64,000 nucleotides of DNA, taken from the NCBI RefSeq assembly GCF_001194135.2, contig NC_068982.1:102584105-102648104 (forward strand). The letters are read 5' to 3'. The stretch is from Octopus bimaculoides (lineage: Eukaryota). Below the pieces are notes generated by a model, which was given only the letters and a program-made list of their open reading frames with translations, ran no database searches and had not been told where the DNA came from. Both the position numbers and the translations under genes were made by a program. Of the stretch, positions 40,227 to 53,050 are shown in pieces (within the stretch, counting starts at the first letter, position 1; each line of letters begins with the position of its first letter).

Positions 40227-40407
40227 GAAACGTTGTTAACAACAAACAAGATAAGGACAAATATCCGTCAAATATAAATAATGTAAATAATATAAATAAT
40301 GTAAATAATATAAATAATGTAAATAATATAAATAATGTAAATAATATAAATAATGTAAATAATATAAATAATGTACATAATTCCTCATCTCTTAAATCTA
40401 GAACTGT
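40227..40407 (+). mobile_element. Second copy of the family-E 3' region (5' part hidden in the N-gap)
   Basis: GAAACGTTGTTAACAACAAACAAGATAAGGACAAATATCCGTCAAAT is the near reverse complement of 39392-39440. It ends ...TCCTCATCTCTTAAATCTAGAACTGT. Confidence 0.85.
40274..40381. repeat. 18-bp minisatellite (ATAAATAATGTAAATAAT) x6
   Basis: Six units, the last with one mismatch; explains the NINNVN repeats in ORF 39788-40426. Confidence 0.95.
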
Positions 40408-41249
40408 ACATAGAAGTTCAATTTAAATTTCTGTAGATTTGTGCCTGAGAAGAAATCACGGGTAAGGAAGGAAATCTGCACGGTTCTAATTCTTGAGTCT
40501 AGGTGAAGTGTTTTGTACAAAATTGTAAAGTTAACGTAAAGTAGAGATTACGAAATAAATAGAACCTGATACGTCGGATGATATTCAGCCTGCTTGTTCA
40601 GAAGAGAAGAAAAACATCACAATGATATGCTAATGTCTGGAGATGTTTAGTGGGCTAAAGCTTTCAAAACAATAAGATGGCATATATTGAATGCTTGTGT
40701 GTCAATAATCATCGTATGTTTAGCAGCTGCTTAGTTCTAAGTATATAAGTTTTACTCTAATGTGGTCTGCACATGTGCTTTGAAGAAGATTGACTGAAGG
40801 AGATTCTAATGCTAAAGAGAAAGTCTAGTCTTTGCAACACAGGTTGGGTGATGTTATAAATATATGGCCGTCCATCCCTCTTCATGAGAGCTAGTGAAGC
40901 CTATCCTGTGTGAAGGGTATGGAGGGTCATATTTGTATGTTGTACATGAGTAACGAAGGTAAAACGTCGCAAATTTAAATTTAGTATGTCCTGGTGTAGT
41001 TTTAAAATATCAGCCTCTCATTGCCTGATTGGGTGATGACTGCAACGTCTTTCTTATGAAGGTTGCGTGTGCCAGGTAGTCTGGGTGCCAACAGAGGAAA
41101 GGTTAACGAGGAGTGGGGTAAGTGCAATCTCCATGTGAATACTGTTTGACGTAATAGCGAGTAGATCGCTCATGTACGAAAAGTGTGGAGTCATAACCAA
41201 AGTGAAAGGAAAGCGGATCTAAGACGATACTATCAACTAACATTTACTG

Positions 41250-41560
41250 CAATGAAGCAGCCTTAGAGAAAAAATACAATCAAACAAATCAGAGATAAGC
41301 ATCTGAGTGTGACATTGTGGGTGCGTAAAGAGAGAGTTTCTAACAGCCAAGCCAACACCTAACTCTTTTCTTGGACCCACGGCCACACATTTCCAAAAGA
41401 ACGTGCAACCAAATCCACTTTCATTGAGCTGACCATCCCCATGGTGACGTGTTTCAGAGAGAGATACTACATCTAATGAGTAGCTTTTCGGTTCCTGGGT
41501 GATCACTACGGTTCGTCTCTCTGGCCTTTAACTAAAATTGTCACATTCCAATAAGCAAAT
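41250..41560 (-). mobile_element. RTE-type LINE apurinic-like endonuclease N-terminal remnant
   Basis: KFAYWNVTIL (WNV at 41550-41542), then ITQEPKSYSLDVVSLSETRHHGDGQLNESGFGCTFFWK..RKELGVGLAVRNSL. This matches the APE motifs TWNVRTL / LSETR..GxGQL / YTFFW / GVGFA. Confidence 0.75.
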
Positions 41561-41718
41561 TTCGTTTAACTTTCTCGTGTTGTCAACCGACCACAGTGGC
41601 AGGATAAATATTAGGCCCACCCTGTGATGCATTGGGGTACCTGCCGAGCCAGACCTGTTCACGAGTCGTTCCCAAGCCCTTATTGCCATTTACGGGTTTT
41701 GCTTGTGTATGTGTGGTG

Positions 41719-41752
<34 letters not shown>

Positions 41753-42229
41753 NNNNNNNNNNNNNNNNNNNNNNNNNNNNNNNNNNNNNNNNNNNNNNNN
41801 NNNNNNNNNNNNNNNNNNNNNNNNNNNNNNNNNNNNNNNNNNNNNNNNNNNNNNNNNNNNNNNNNNNNNNNNNNNNNNNNNNNNNNNNNNNNNNNNNNNN
41901 NNNNNNNNNNNNNNNNNNNNNNNNNNNNNNNNNNNNNNNNNNNNNNNNNNNNNNNNNNNNNNNNNNNNNNNNNNNNNNNNNNNNNNNNNNNNNNNNNNNN
42001 NNNNNNNNNNNNNNNNNNNNNNNNNNNNNNNNNNNNNNNNNNNNNNNNNNNNNNNNNNNNNNNNNNNNNNNNNNNNNNNNNNNNNNNNNNNNNNNNNNNN
42101 NNNNNNNNNNNNNNNNNNNNNNNNNNNNNNNNNNNNNNNNNNNNNNNNNNNNNNNNNNNNNNNNNNNNNNNNNNNNNNNNNNNNNNNNNNNNNNNNNNNN
42201 NNNNNNNNNNNNNNNNNNNNNNNNNNNNN

Positions 42230-42313
<84 letters not shown>

Positions 42314-42949
42314 GTATATGTACCATGTTCTTCTCGTCAATAATTTTGCAATTTACATCTTGTATAAAATGAATTACAGAATTTAATTGAATATTCATAC
42401 AAGAAGTCTTATAACGTATTGCATGAAATAACCTAAGCATGTTAATATTTGTATATTGTTGTCTTCAGCTTATGTTTGTAAGAATGAAAATTCTGAGAAA
42501 TAAATTTATTTTTATATCAAGTTAAAATGCAGCTTACATAAAGGTTTAATGAGTTTTAATCCTTTAAAATATTTTAGTTTCGTTGGGTCTCTTTCTTTAT
42601 TTGTTTGTTACTTTTTCAGTGGCTGTCTTTCTTCACAGAGGAAGTATATTTGATTCCAAAGTTAATCAACATAGAAATAATGTATTTCTAAATATTTCTC
42701 TGATTTTAAATACCAAGGAATTCGGATTAGATTTGTCTTTTTATATTTTTATTGGATGAGGATGATTTTTAAATAGACAACATTGATTGATTTGACAATG
42801 AGCAGACGGCAAGATGTGGAGTAGAGCCTGGGATCATAGGTAATGATTAGCTTTAAAGATGAAAAAAGGTCGAGTATTGTTATCAAGGATAAAGATGGGA
42901 GAGGAAAATTAGAGCTAAGTCGAGTTTCGTTTTTGAAGTCACCGAAAAC

Positions 42950-45900
42950 TTTATGAGAGGTGTGATAATAAATGACGAGAAACAAATGTATGACTGTTGT
43001 TGGTTAGATGTGTTTCAACTAACTGCTTCACTTGAAGTCCCGTGAAGTATCGGAAATCATCTGGTACTCTGAACTCAAATAGACCTTCGCCATAAGGAGA
43101 AAACGAACTTTTGTTAGAAACCACATATTTCACCATAGCGGTTCCAGATGAAGGTGTATTATTTAACATTTTAACGTCAATGATATCTACAGTATATGAT
43201 CATATTATTAAGAAACTGTGAGATCAACAAATTTATCTTTTCAGATTCAGAGTTGCAATCTGTGAATGTCTCAGGCCTCCAGCTGTTATATATATATATA
43301 TATATATATATATACTAATAATAAAATTATTCCGTATTGTTAGTGAATTAACTCTTTCAAGTTTATGACTGCTGATAGCGCTGCATACATTAATTCTAAC
43401 TGTAGTTGTTGTAAATTAGTTCAACTCTTCCTTATCATGGCTGTTGATAACAGGTGATAAGTCTAACGCTACTACTACGCTAATTCTAAACCTTATTGTG
43501 AATGACTTAACCTCTTGAAGTAGACGGTCGCTCGAAGCACTCAATAGGATTACTAAATATAATTGCTTCTAACACTAAATCCTAAATCCTCTTGTTAGCA
43601 ATTAATACCTGTTAATAACAAGTAGGAATACCCAACACCAATGGAATTAAACTTTGGGTTGAAACAAAAGACTGAATCTGTGAACGGAGAAGAATTAAGA
43701 TTAAAAATTTAAATATAGTCACTGGAATTTGAGAGATTCTCAGCACATCTCCAAAGCTCACTTTTATTCTCGAGTCAGTTCACTGAAAACAGATTTTAGC
43801 TCTTTTGGATGTTTTGCTTCCCAAAATATCAAAAAGTTAACTATGAATCAACCGTTATGCATAATAAACATAACTGCAGTCAGTGACATAATTTCTTTCG
43901 ATGCTTCTTTTTTTATTAAATGGTTACCAATGAATTTATTTTAACTGATGTGAAGTAATTCAGTTACCATATTCTAACTGTTAAACTGGAAATGATTGAT
44001 TTCACGTTTCTATAATTATATCAGCATATGACACTTGAGTAATTCAAAACAAATTTCTTTTCACGTTATTGATTCATTAGACATATCAAAATTAGAATTA
44101 GCATCATATTCACAAGCTGATTCTCTTTTTTAAAAAAAATTGACTAAACAATAGTTGATCTAAGCAGATGCAAATAACATATTATCAATCAGACACAAAT
44201 AGCAGGTGCCAAAGGTTTGGTCGATAAGAAACAGCTTACTAGACTACAAAATGTTTATGTAAGCAGACAACATAGAGAATATGGAAGCTCGAAAATATTT
44301 CGAAAACATCATTTTGAACCCAATTACATTATATGATTTTGATCTGTAGTCTTTGTCATAGTCATACTGGAATTCTTAAAAATTATTTGTAAGATTTGGT
44401 CTATTACACTACTATATCTACTTTGCAATGGTTAGGTTCAATTCATGGAGAATTAATGTTCTATTGCCGTCTAGAAATAGATAGTTTTGGATAGACTTAA
44501 GAGAGAATTGAAAAGTATTGTTAAAAAAATAAATAAGTAAATGTCTCCTCGTAAATTTTCATGTTAATTATTATTATAAATACATCTACATATTTCATTT
44601 GCCTGTTAAGGAAGTTAGTAAAACTCGAAAGACCGGTGGATTAGGATAACTGACTGGAATTAAATCGTATTATGTTGAATTTGGGTTGTTGCTTTAAGTG
44701 AAGAGTATTTAAAATTTATATTTTAACCAATCATTTCGGATGTTCTATCGATCTAGCATCTTATCGCTCGATCGATGTGCCTATCATTGTTTCTACATCT
44801 TTGGGTTATCTACTAGAAATCAGGATTTTATGCAAGAGTCATGCAATTAATTATAAAATTTGTTTTTAAAAAAATCTAAATTCTTTCGATCTTACAAGTT
44901 TATGCCAATCATATTCACATTAAATTAGTCTTATCATTCTTTCCTTGCTACATAACCAAACTCTCTCCATGTATTATTTTGCTCCTTGGTGGCCATCAAT
45001 ATGGGTTTCAACAATTTAATTTTAAACCGACTAAAGAAATACTTCCCCCCGTAATTTACGAACAGCGTTTCTAATCTTTGAAAATAATATGGATTTATTT
45101 CGTTTATACAAGGATATATAATTGTAGAGTAAAGGAACAAACGATTACATTGTCCTAATTTTTTTACAAGTACATATTTAACCGACTCTGAAGAGTCGAA
45201 TGTTATAGTCACCCTCGATGAAATTGAACTCAAAATAGGAATTAATACTATAGAGCTGTCAGTCAAATACTCTAACACTTGTGCCTTTCCAGTCCCCCTT
45301 TACTCAAGTTTAGAAAATATATATTAAAATCAAAGGCACCGTTTGATCTCAGTGTTAGCAAAATATCCTGCACAATATGGCATTTAAATCTCTTGGGTAA
45401 ACGTTGCTGCTTCTGCTTTAATATTCCGCTATTGTCAACAATTTTCATTCTTGTTGACTCGATAAACTTTTATATACTACTCTGACAAAATAAAGTTTAT
45501 TTGGGCAGAGTAATACCGTTATATAACGTTTGAGATTTATGACCGTTGTTGCGTTACATCAGATCTGATACAGACGTCAGTTGATTACAAAAGAATGGTT
45601 TGAAGTCTTTTGATGTTTGTTTTTTTATTTTTTATTATTATTTGACTATAATTGTTATGCAAGACCGATTATATGTCATTTGCCCGTATTTCAAACGTAT
45701 CATTATTAACCGAAAGAGTGATGAATTCTTCCCAAAGGAAAGTTGTATTACATGTATATGCTTGTATCATGTCGTTCAAAAGACGATAAATATCTTGCGT
45801 AATAGATTTTAGAAGCTAATTACTTAAAACAACAGCTAAGTATTTGTATCAGGAATATTTGCTATGTGGGTTTCCCAGAAGATACGAAAAGAACTTAAAG

Positions 45901-46090
45901 TAAATAAGTTTTAATGGCAAAACAAATAATGGGTACCAGTAAACATACCGGAGTTCAGTTCTATAACGGAACATTCTGCCTATGTAAGTTATATTAAATT
46001 TATTTATATAATGAGTTAGTTATAATTTTATCAAGAACTGTGTAATATATTTTTCTCTAAGTTACAATCATGCCAGAGTCGGTATTTGTC
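42950..46090 (-). pseudogene. Very old Ty3/Gypsy pol relic (possible protease, RT, integrase)
   Basis: Colinear degenerate motifs on the minus strand: possible DSG (46081-46073); KQKQQRLP; VLVKK (45173-45160); YYFQRLETLFVNYGGKYFFS (to 45030; compare YPLPRIDDILDQLGGAKYFS); ELKSVF..MC*ESLKFQ; SDR (43532-43524); ITCYQQP**GRVE (43458-43420; compare TTPYHPQSNGRVE); FSPY..LF..RVPD (about 43103-43050). RT-then-IN order is Gypsy-type. No LTRs found. Confidence 0.6.
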
Positions 46091-46576
46091 CTCCTGTTCC
46101 ATCAATATAGATAACTATATGCTGGATTTGATCTCTATAAAATTTAAATAACATCTAAATTCTGACGCTATTACAAATACATATTGAAACATACTAAACT
46201 GCCTTCTAAAGAAACCAACCAAATGATTGGCATGCATTTCCGTCAGCAACATGCTAGTCACTGATTCACTTCCCCATCTACCAATATTACATTGGTTCTA
46301 AAATAGTTCTTGGATGTTGCTTACCTCTTCTTCTCTGAGCTATACAACATTGCTGCATCTCCTCCTCTTGTCATCATCGCTGCATCAATTCCAGATTCTA
46401 GTTTTCGACATTTTACCCATCATTTTACTTCAAGACGTTTTTTCTTTTACGCTGACACCAAGCTGCAGATGTTGAAACTGAACAACAAAAATTGTCGTGA
46501 GGAAATTTCATGTGAAAGTCATGGACTTTTCCTCTGCCCCGATGCTTAATGAACTTTAAAAACTTATTACGCATAA

Positions 46577-46760
46577 TTGTGTGGGTAAAAAGCTCGCTTT
46601 GGAACCGCTTAGTGTTGGGTTGAGACCCACTGCGTGACACCTTGGGCAAGCCAGAGTCTTCTGCTATAGACTTAGAACCATTAATGTTTTGTGAGTGAAC
46701 TCCGTTAACGGAAGCTGTATGGAAGCTCGTCGTATATGTATGTGTGTCTTTGTGTCCCTG
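46577..46760 (+). mobile_element. SINE family C, degenerate 5' part
   Basis: CCCACTGCGTGACACCTTGGGCAAG...GTCTTCTGCTATAG...GAAGCTCGTCGTATATG; shared with 52649-53050 and 57260-57391. Confidence 0.7.
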
Positions 46761-47156
46761 TAACTTAGAATAAATACCACACTTAAAAGAATGAGTAGTG
46801 GGATCAATTTGTTCGTAGCCCAAATATCGAAACAAACAAAAAAGATTTTTAAAAATAAAATGTCTGGTTTGCCAGCTGCCAGTTGTAGTTTAGTTGTTAT
46901 TGATGATCACTAGTATTTTAGTTTCAGCTACCTAGATTCTGTATTACAACACAAACCAAATGTACATGAAATGCACTTACCCGATCCTCCAGAAATAGCT
47001 GCCATATAACCATCTAATTACACCACCCAATCGTCCTGACAAAATGACAAAACCACTTAACTATCATGAGTAGTAGTAGTAGTAGTAGTGATGGTGTTTA
47101 TGCTATATGTAGCATCATCATCATCATCAGCAGCAGCAGCAGCAGCAACAGCAGCG

Positions 47157-47210
<54 letters not shown>

Positions 47211-47614
47211 TTTTGTGCTATATATTTAGCATCTTTCATATGAGGAAACAATAAAGAAAAAAACACTTCGTGTCATACAGCAACCGAAATATATGCATTT
47301 TGTACGTATTTTGCGTTTTCTTAAATACATCTGACATATTGCAGCAAAGAGCTAAATAAAAATATATGAATAAAGAAATGAAGAAATAAATAAGTAGAAA
47401 ATCGTCACTGGATTTGGATGATAGTTAGTATCTATATAAAGATATCGTACATTGAATAGCATGCAGGAAGGTATTTATAACGTCTCTTTCGTGCTAAATC
47501 GTGTTTACAGTTAAATTCTCATTTCATGAATTTGATATAATCGATAAATAAAAAAATGTAGGTAGTCGTCATTGTCGTTTCTGGTGTCGTAACTGTTGTC
47601 GTTGTCACTTTTGC

Positions 47615-47645
<31 letters not shown>

Positions 47646-48640
47646 CTTGTTCTTGTTGTTTTTGTTGATGGTGTTGTTTAACTTCAGGTCAGCTCAGGGG
47701 AGGAAAGCTACAATCTAAAGCATTACAGTCACGCCCATTTCGTCTGTTCAGACATCTTTTATTTTCAGACCATATTTCTCAACATGCCATTTTATGAAGT
47801 AAACGTGTGATTTGAGATTTGGTTGCTACTTCTTGGAACCCGGATGACTTTGTAGAGATTCCGTCATTTCTTCATTTTCGTTCGTTTTCTTTATTTCTTC
47901 ATTTGTGTTCGCTGATTTAGATGTGTGCTCTCCACTATGGTATGTACCACAACCAACTGGTTCAGTTATAAGCATGGAACCGACGTGTTAAAGCGCACAG
48001 TACATATTCAGTTGGTTATTGTATAAATACAGTATAGTAGTAGCCTGTATATGTATTTTTCTACAATTTGCTTGATTTTTATGAATGTAACTCCAGGTGT
48101 GCTGTTGTACACCTAACAATATATTAGGGACAAGTGAGTTTTTACTGCAGTCATAGTTGCGATTTTTGACTGGAAGATCGTTGGTCTTAGGTCTGTATTG
48201 TTGCAGGTATGTCTGGAGTTGAAGGAGAGACAGGAGCCATTTTGATTGGAGCTAGTCTGTGCTGTTTTTTGGGCGTTTTCTTTCATAATTCATGTATTCG
48301 ATAGCGTCGTTTTAATTATTACGAATTTGGGAATTGTGTGGTCGTTTAATGTCATCTTTAACCATGTGAGAGTTTGAATGTCGTTTGTGATAGCATTACG
48401 CTCGCTGGGTGATTGATTTTACGTTTACCATTAGTTCAGGCTTCTTTTACCAAAAGTACTTAGATATATTGTACATTCTGTGTTGTGGTTACAGAGTTAT
48501 ATGAATATGAAGCAGGCGATTAAACTTCGTGAAGCCTTAATAAGCTGTTAAGAGTTCTTTTGCAATATACTCAACTTTTGAGAGTTGTGTGGTTATAGTC
48601 AGCATCTCTGTCGTTGCTTTGTATTCTGTGTCTTGGTTTT

Positions 48641-48975
48641 GTGAAGGCGCATGGTTTAGCGGTTAGTGTATTCGGCTTAGAATTGTAATATTATGAGTTC
48701 AATACCCCGCAGAACGTCGTGTCATTGAGCAAGACACTTTATTGCACTTTTCTCCACTTCCTCCACGTTTCCCCAGCTGGCAAAAAGGAGTAGGACCTGT
48801 ATTTTAAAGGGCTAGCCTTGTCACATTTTGTGTCGCACTGAATCTCCCTTAGAAATACGTTAACGGTACCTGTGCCTGTGGAGTACTCAGCCACTTGTGC
48901 ATTAATTTCACGAGCAGAGTGTTTTAACTGACCGGATCAATTGGAACCCTCATCGTTGTAACTGATGGATTGCCA
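48641..48975 (+). mobile_element. tRNA-derived SINE with family-B 3' half and a different head and central domain
   Basis: GTGAAGGCGCATGGTTTAGCGG..GAGTTCAATACC head, central TTGAGCAAGACACTTTATT..CAGCTGGCAAAA (also in 58953-59160), and a 3' half colinear with family B (CCTGTATTTTAAAGGG...GGAACCCTCATCGTTGTAAC). Confidence 0.75.
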
Positions 48976-49499
48976 GTAATGGTTTTGATATAGTGACCGC
49001 TTTGTGGTTCTCAGCTTCGTTCTATGTGGGGCAAGATCGTTATTGGAGATGGATATGCCTATATAAAAAGGAAATCGGTGGTACTAAATCCGATGTCTTT
49101 CTTTGAAGTTTACTTTTCTTTCTGATTCAAGCATGTTTAGCAAAGGTTTCGATCTGTTTTGCTCGTTTGTACGCATGGGTAAATTTAATACCTGCTTTCT
49201 CCAGTTTCCCGACGTTCTGACTGTTTTGAACAGGTCCATCGTCATCAAGATATTTTCACTTTTGGTGACAATCTGCTTGTTGAGCTTGTGATTTTCTGTC
49301 GACATTCTTTACTTCCTCCTTCACTATCTCTTTTATTTGTGGTATTCCACCCGTGACTATCACTTTTATTCGTGGTATGTTGTTTCCAAGGTTGAATATT
49401 TCACTTTCTAAGACGATATAGTGTAATTGGATTTCGGACACGAAGACGCAAATTGATTGTCAAAGCGTTGTATGAGTTTTACTATCTTTGAAGTAATAC

Positions 49500-50090
49500 T
49501 ATAAATCAATGTGATGACAGCAGAGATAAAAAGAAGAATTGGAAAAGCAAGATCTGTTGTTATCTCTTTGAACAGCATTTGGAAAAAAATCAATCAATAG
49601 ATAAGAAAAAAAGAAGCTGAAATTGCAGCACACTTTGATATTTCCAATAGCAACATATGGATCTGAATGCTGGACACTTAAAAAAAGCTAGCGGAAAAAA
49701 TTAGCTTTTCCCAATCTGATGTTATAGAAGAAATCTAAAAATTAGCTGGACAGAACATCAGATAAATCTATACGATAATAGGATAAATAAGATAAATTCA
49801 AACGCGGTGAACCAAACAGAAATCAAGTAAATGAACTGGACAAAGAAGAAACTTTATATATTTGGAGTTTGTCATAAGGGCAGTTGGTCCTGCCAAAATT
49901 GCTGGTCGCTGTAAAGGCCCTTGAAAAGGAGCCAAGGCGAAGAAGTGGAAAAAGATGCATTGATAGCACTGTAGAGATAAGATGATTGAAGATGGAACAA
50001 TTCATGGGGGCAGCTGATGAGGAGAATGATCAGATAACTGTCGGACGAGTCACTCACACCCCAAGGGTTAGTCATTGCAGATGATGATGA
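49500..50090 (+). mobile_element. RTE-type LINE RT C-terminal/3' remnant with (GAT)n tail
   Basis: AEIKRRIGKARSVVISLNSIWKK (from 49520), LIFPIATYGSECWTLKK (YGSECW 49656-49673), KISWTEH, ending GATGATGAT near 50082-50090. Confidence 0.75.
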
Positions 50091-50559
50091 TGTGGAGGAG
50101 GAGGTGGTGGTAGTGGTGGTGGTGGTGGTGGTGGTGGTGGTGGTGGTGCTTGAGAGGTTATTCTACGAATTATTGCTGGTCTAACAACCTCAGTAGGGCA
50201 TTGATGTTGATTCTGTGCTGTTGTTGCCGTTGTCGATGTCGTTTTTTGTTGCTGTTGCTGTTATTGCTGTTGTTGCTGCTGATGCTGCTGCTGTTTTGGA
50301 GGCGGCAGCGTCGCTGTAGTTGTAACTGCTACTGCTACTATTGTTACTGATTGTTCTATATAACTTTTTAAATAAAAATTGTGTGGAGACACAGCACCAT
50401 TTTCTTTTTTTGGTGACATAAACAAGTCGAGTTTATATCTGGAGTTGTTTCGAAGATGGCATAATGGGATATCAAACAGTGAGGCAGGGAAAATGTCATC
50501 TTAAGTACCTTGTTCGACTCTATGCTTCCCGGGTAATTTTCACACCAAGCATTTAAATA

Positions 50560-50780
50560 AAGTGTTTCCTTGCCAATGCACTCAGCTATAGAAATGAGTT
50601 GCGTCGTCATTGGTGCCAAGCTATATCGGCCTTTGCCTTTCCCTTGGATAACATCGGTGGCATGGAGAGGGGCGGCTGGTATACATGGGCGACTGCTGGT
50701 CTTCCATAAACAACCTTGCCCGGATTTGTGCCTCGCAGGGTAACTTTCTAGGTGCAATCCCATGGTCATTCATGACCGAA
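50560..50780 (+). mobile_element. SINE-like repeat fragment (CACTCAGCT..AAATGAG central motif plus distinct GC-richer tail)
   Basis: Shares CACTCAGCT with 58953-59160; non-coding block of higher GC. Family not confirmable from this window. Confidence 0.45.
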
Positions 50781-51943
50781 GGGGGTCTTTACTGCCAATG
50801 TGCCTACTCCAGTACTTTACCGTTGTTTATATTCTCCAGTCTATATAACCGATATCAGAGATCTTCGAACTCGGTTCTGTAGCATAATGGATAGCTACCA
50901 ACTGCGACAAACATATGATCTTTAGGTTAAAATGAAATCAGTATTCAGCACAAATAAGAAAGTCATGTGTATTATCACTGAGAGAGTAGACTTGAGATAT
51001 AATGTATCGAATCTCAGTGTAAGTTCTCGTCTCTTGAGATACTAATAATTCTCTTAAGAAGATTCGATGAAGGTCATACTTTCTATTCCCTTCATTTTGT
51101 AAACGGTCGGATTTTAGTATCATACCAAGCGCAACAAAAACTTCTGACACCACATCATCTAAGGCCTGATTTTGATTTCTTATAGCTCATTTCGATAAGT
51201 GTCCATTTAACTAAAATTCGATGCATGTCACTGCGCGTTGTTATTATATTAAATGGTGTTTGATTCAACATGCAATCTTTTTCGAGACCAAGACACTCGT
51301 TCTCTATTACCTTAGCACATATTGAATGCTAAGAACGTTAAAAAATCTTACTAACAATATGTATCGAAGAAAAAACTATTTATCAATGATTAATTAATAT
51401 TCATTCTTACTGGGAACTATGAGACACATCTCTGATTATGTTCCGATTTTATTTTATTGCCTACATGACCAAGTAGTGATAGATTAATCGCTCGCTAATC
51501 TATTTGTTTATGTAATCAGTTTAAACGTCCGTATAAAGCTGATAAGCTCTGACAGCCCGAGGAAGGTATATAATAACACATACAAAAGAATAAATTAAAA
51601 CTAGGCAGATAAAGAAGGAAGAAAGACATACAAATACAAATCAGTGATATTAAATCGTTCTGCAGCATCCGTGGATTGGAAGATCATATTCTTGTTTGGC
51701 AAATACTTGAAAATAAATTGCACCACCAATCTAGATGGCTTTTTACTGTGTGAACGTCCATATAAAGCTGATAAGCTCTGACAGTGTGTGAATATGCACA
51801 GTTGTACAGTTGTAGATGTTTGACAATTCAAACGCGAGATTCGTGTAAAACAAGGGTTAAAATAAATATATCCCATACATAGTTTTAAAACCTTTACTGC
51901 AAATATATATTAGGTAACGAGAAAGCAATATTAGTCAAACAAT

Positions 51944-51981
51944 TTCGAATGTTTTGGTCTTACTCTGACTTCATCAGCGAA
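51944..51981 (-). ncRNA. Decayed minimal type-I hammerhead motif
   Basis: TTCG-CTGATGA-AGTC(AGAGTAA)GACC-AAAA-CA-TT-CGAA. Stem I is TTCG/CGAA. Two CG>CA changes would restore GAAA-CG-TT. Confidence 0.5.
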
Positions 51982-52648
51982 GCACAAACGTAACTATACT
52001 TGCTGAAGCAATGATGAATGAATCACTAGGTTAACGATACTAGCTAGAACATTTATCAGCGTCAGAAAATAGAAGTGTTTAGAAATTAAATAATTCAGTG
52101 AAGCCTTTCATATTAAAAAAAAACAATAAGTTAGTATTATGTTTCTAGTAACAGCTTTCTACAATTTATAACTGACTCATAAGGAAGCATTAATTTGAAA
52201 AGTAACAGCTGTTGTCGAATGACGACAGTGAGCGTGCATAGTTAATAAAATCGAATAGTTGGCTGCTGCCTGATTTCCTGGATTCTTCTTTTATTTCTAT
52301 AATTATTTGTTAATTTATTAGTTGGTTTCTTGGTTGTTACTTGTGCTCTATCCAATTAAGTTAGTATTATCAAGTTACAAGGCAATGGGATACCGGCCGA
52401 TATCTTATGCTCATTTTTCTCTCCATGTCTTCCGTTTATTTCTTTGCAGTTGGAGACACATATAAAACAAAGAGATTTTCTTTTTCACTTAGAATTTGAA
52501 AATTTTGCAATTAAGACTTTACATTGTCCTTATCCAACCACGTTCATGATGTTAATGCGCTGTATTAATATATTAATAATAAATATATAAATAAATATAC
52601 ATACACACACACACACAAACACACACACATATATATATGTAGATATAT

Positions 52649-52842
52649 CCTTTTATCTTTTACTTGTTTCAGTCATTTGACTGCGACCATGATGGAGCAC
52701 CACCTTGAATTTTTAGTCGAATGAATCGACCCAGTACTTACTTTTTAAGCCCAGTACTTGTTCTAATATTGCGGAGATGCAAACATACCAACACCGGTTG
52801 TGAAGCGGCGGATGGGGAACAAACACAGGCAGAAAGACACAT

Positions 52843-52921
<79 letters not shown>

Positions 52922-53050
52922 ACAGGCTTCTTTCAGTCTCCGTCGAGAAAATCCACTCGGAGGGCTTTGATCGACCCGAGGCTATAGTAGAAAACACTTT
53001 CTCAAGGTGCCACGCAGTGGATCTGAACCCGGAACCATATGGTGGGTAGC
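52649..53050 (-). mobile_element. SINE family C with internal (CA)n/(TA)n tract
   Basis: Minus strand GGTTCCGGGTTCAGATCCACTGCGTGGCACCTTG..GTGTTTTCTACTATAGCCTCGGG...GTCAAATGACTGAAACAAGTAAAAG. Confidence 0.85.

Noticed and set aside
40274-40381. Regular repeat array considered as CRISPR-like
   Set aside because: Head-to-tail units with no spacers, eukaryotic context, no cas genes.
40440-41200. Possible PLE RT-thumb relic on the minus strand (HP...ISFSQ..MC)
   Set aside because: Motifs are too eroded and spread over different frames.
43400-43620. Plus-strand IMAVDN/GDKSNATTTLILNLIVND, resembling a protocadherin EC6 end
   Set aside because: It needs a frameshift, has no DxNDN or DRE motifs nearby, and the opposite strand gives a better, colinear Gypsy integrase match.
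48050-48620. Possible PLE relic on the minus strand (NHPAS..., DCSKN..CP)
   Set aside because: Suggestive only; no clear YIG motif.
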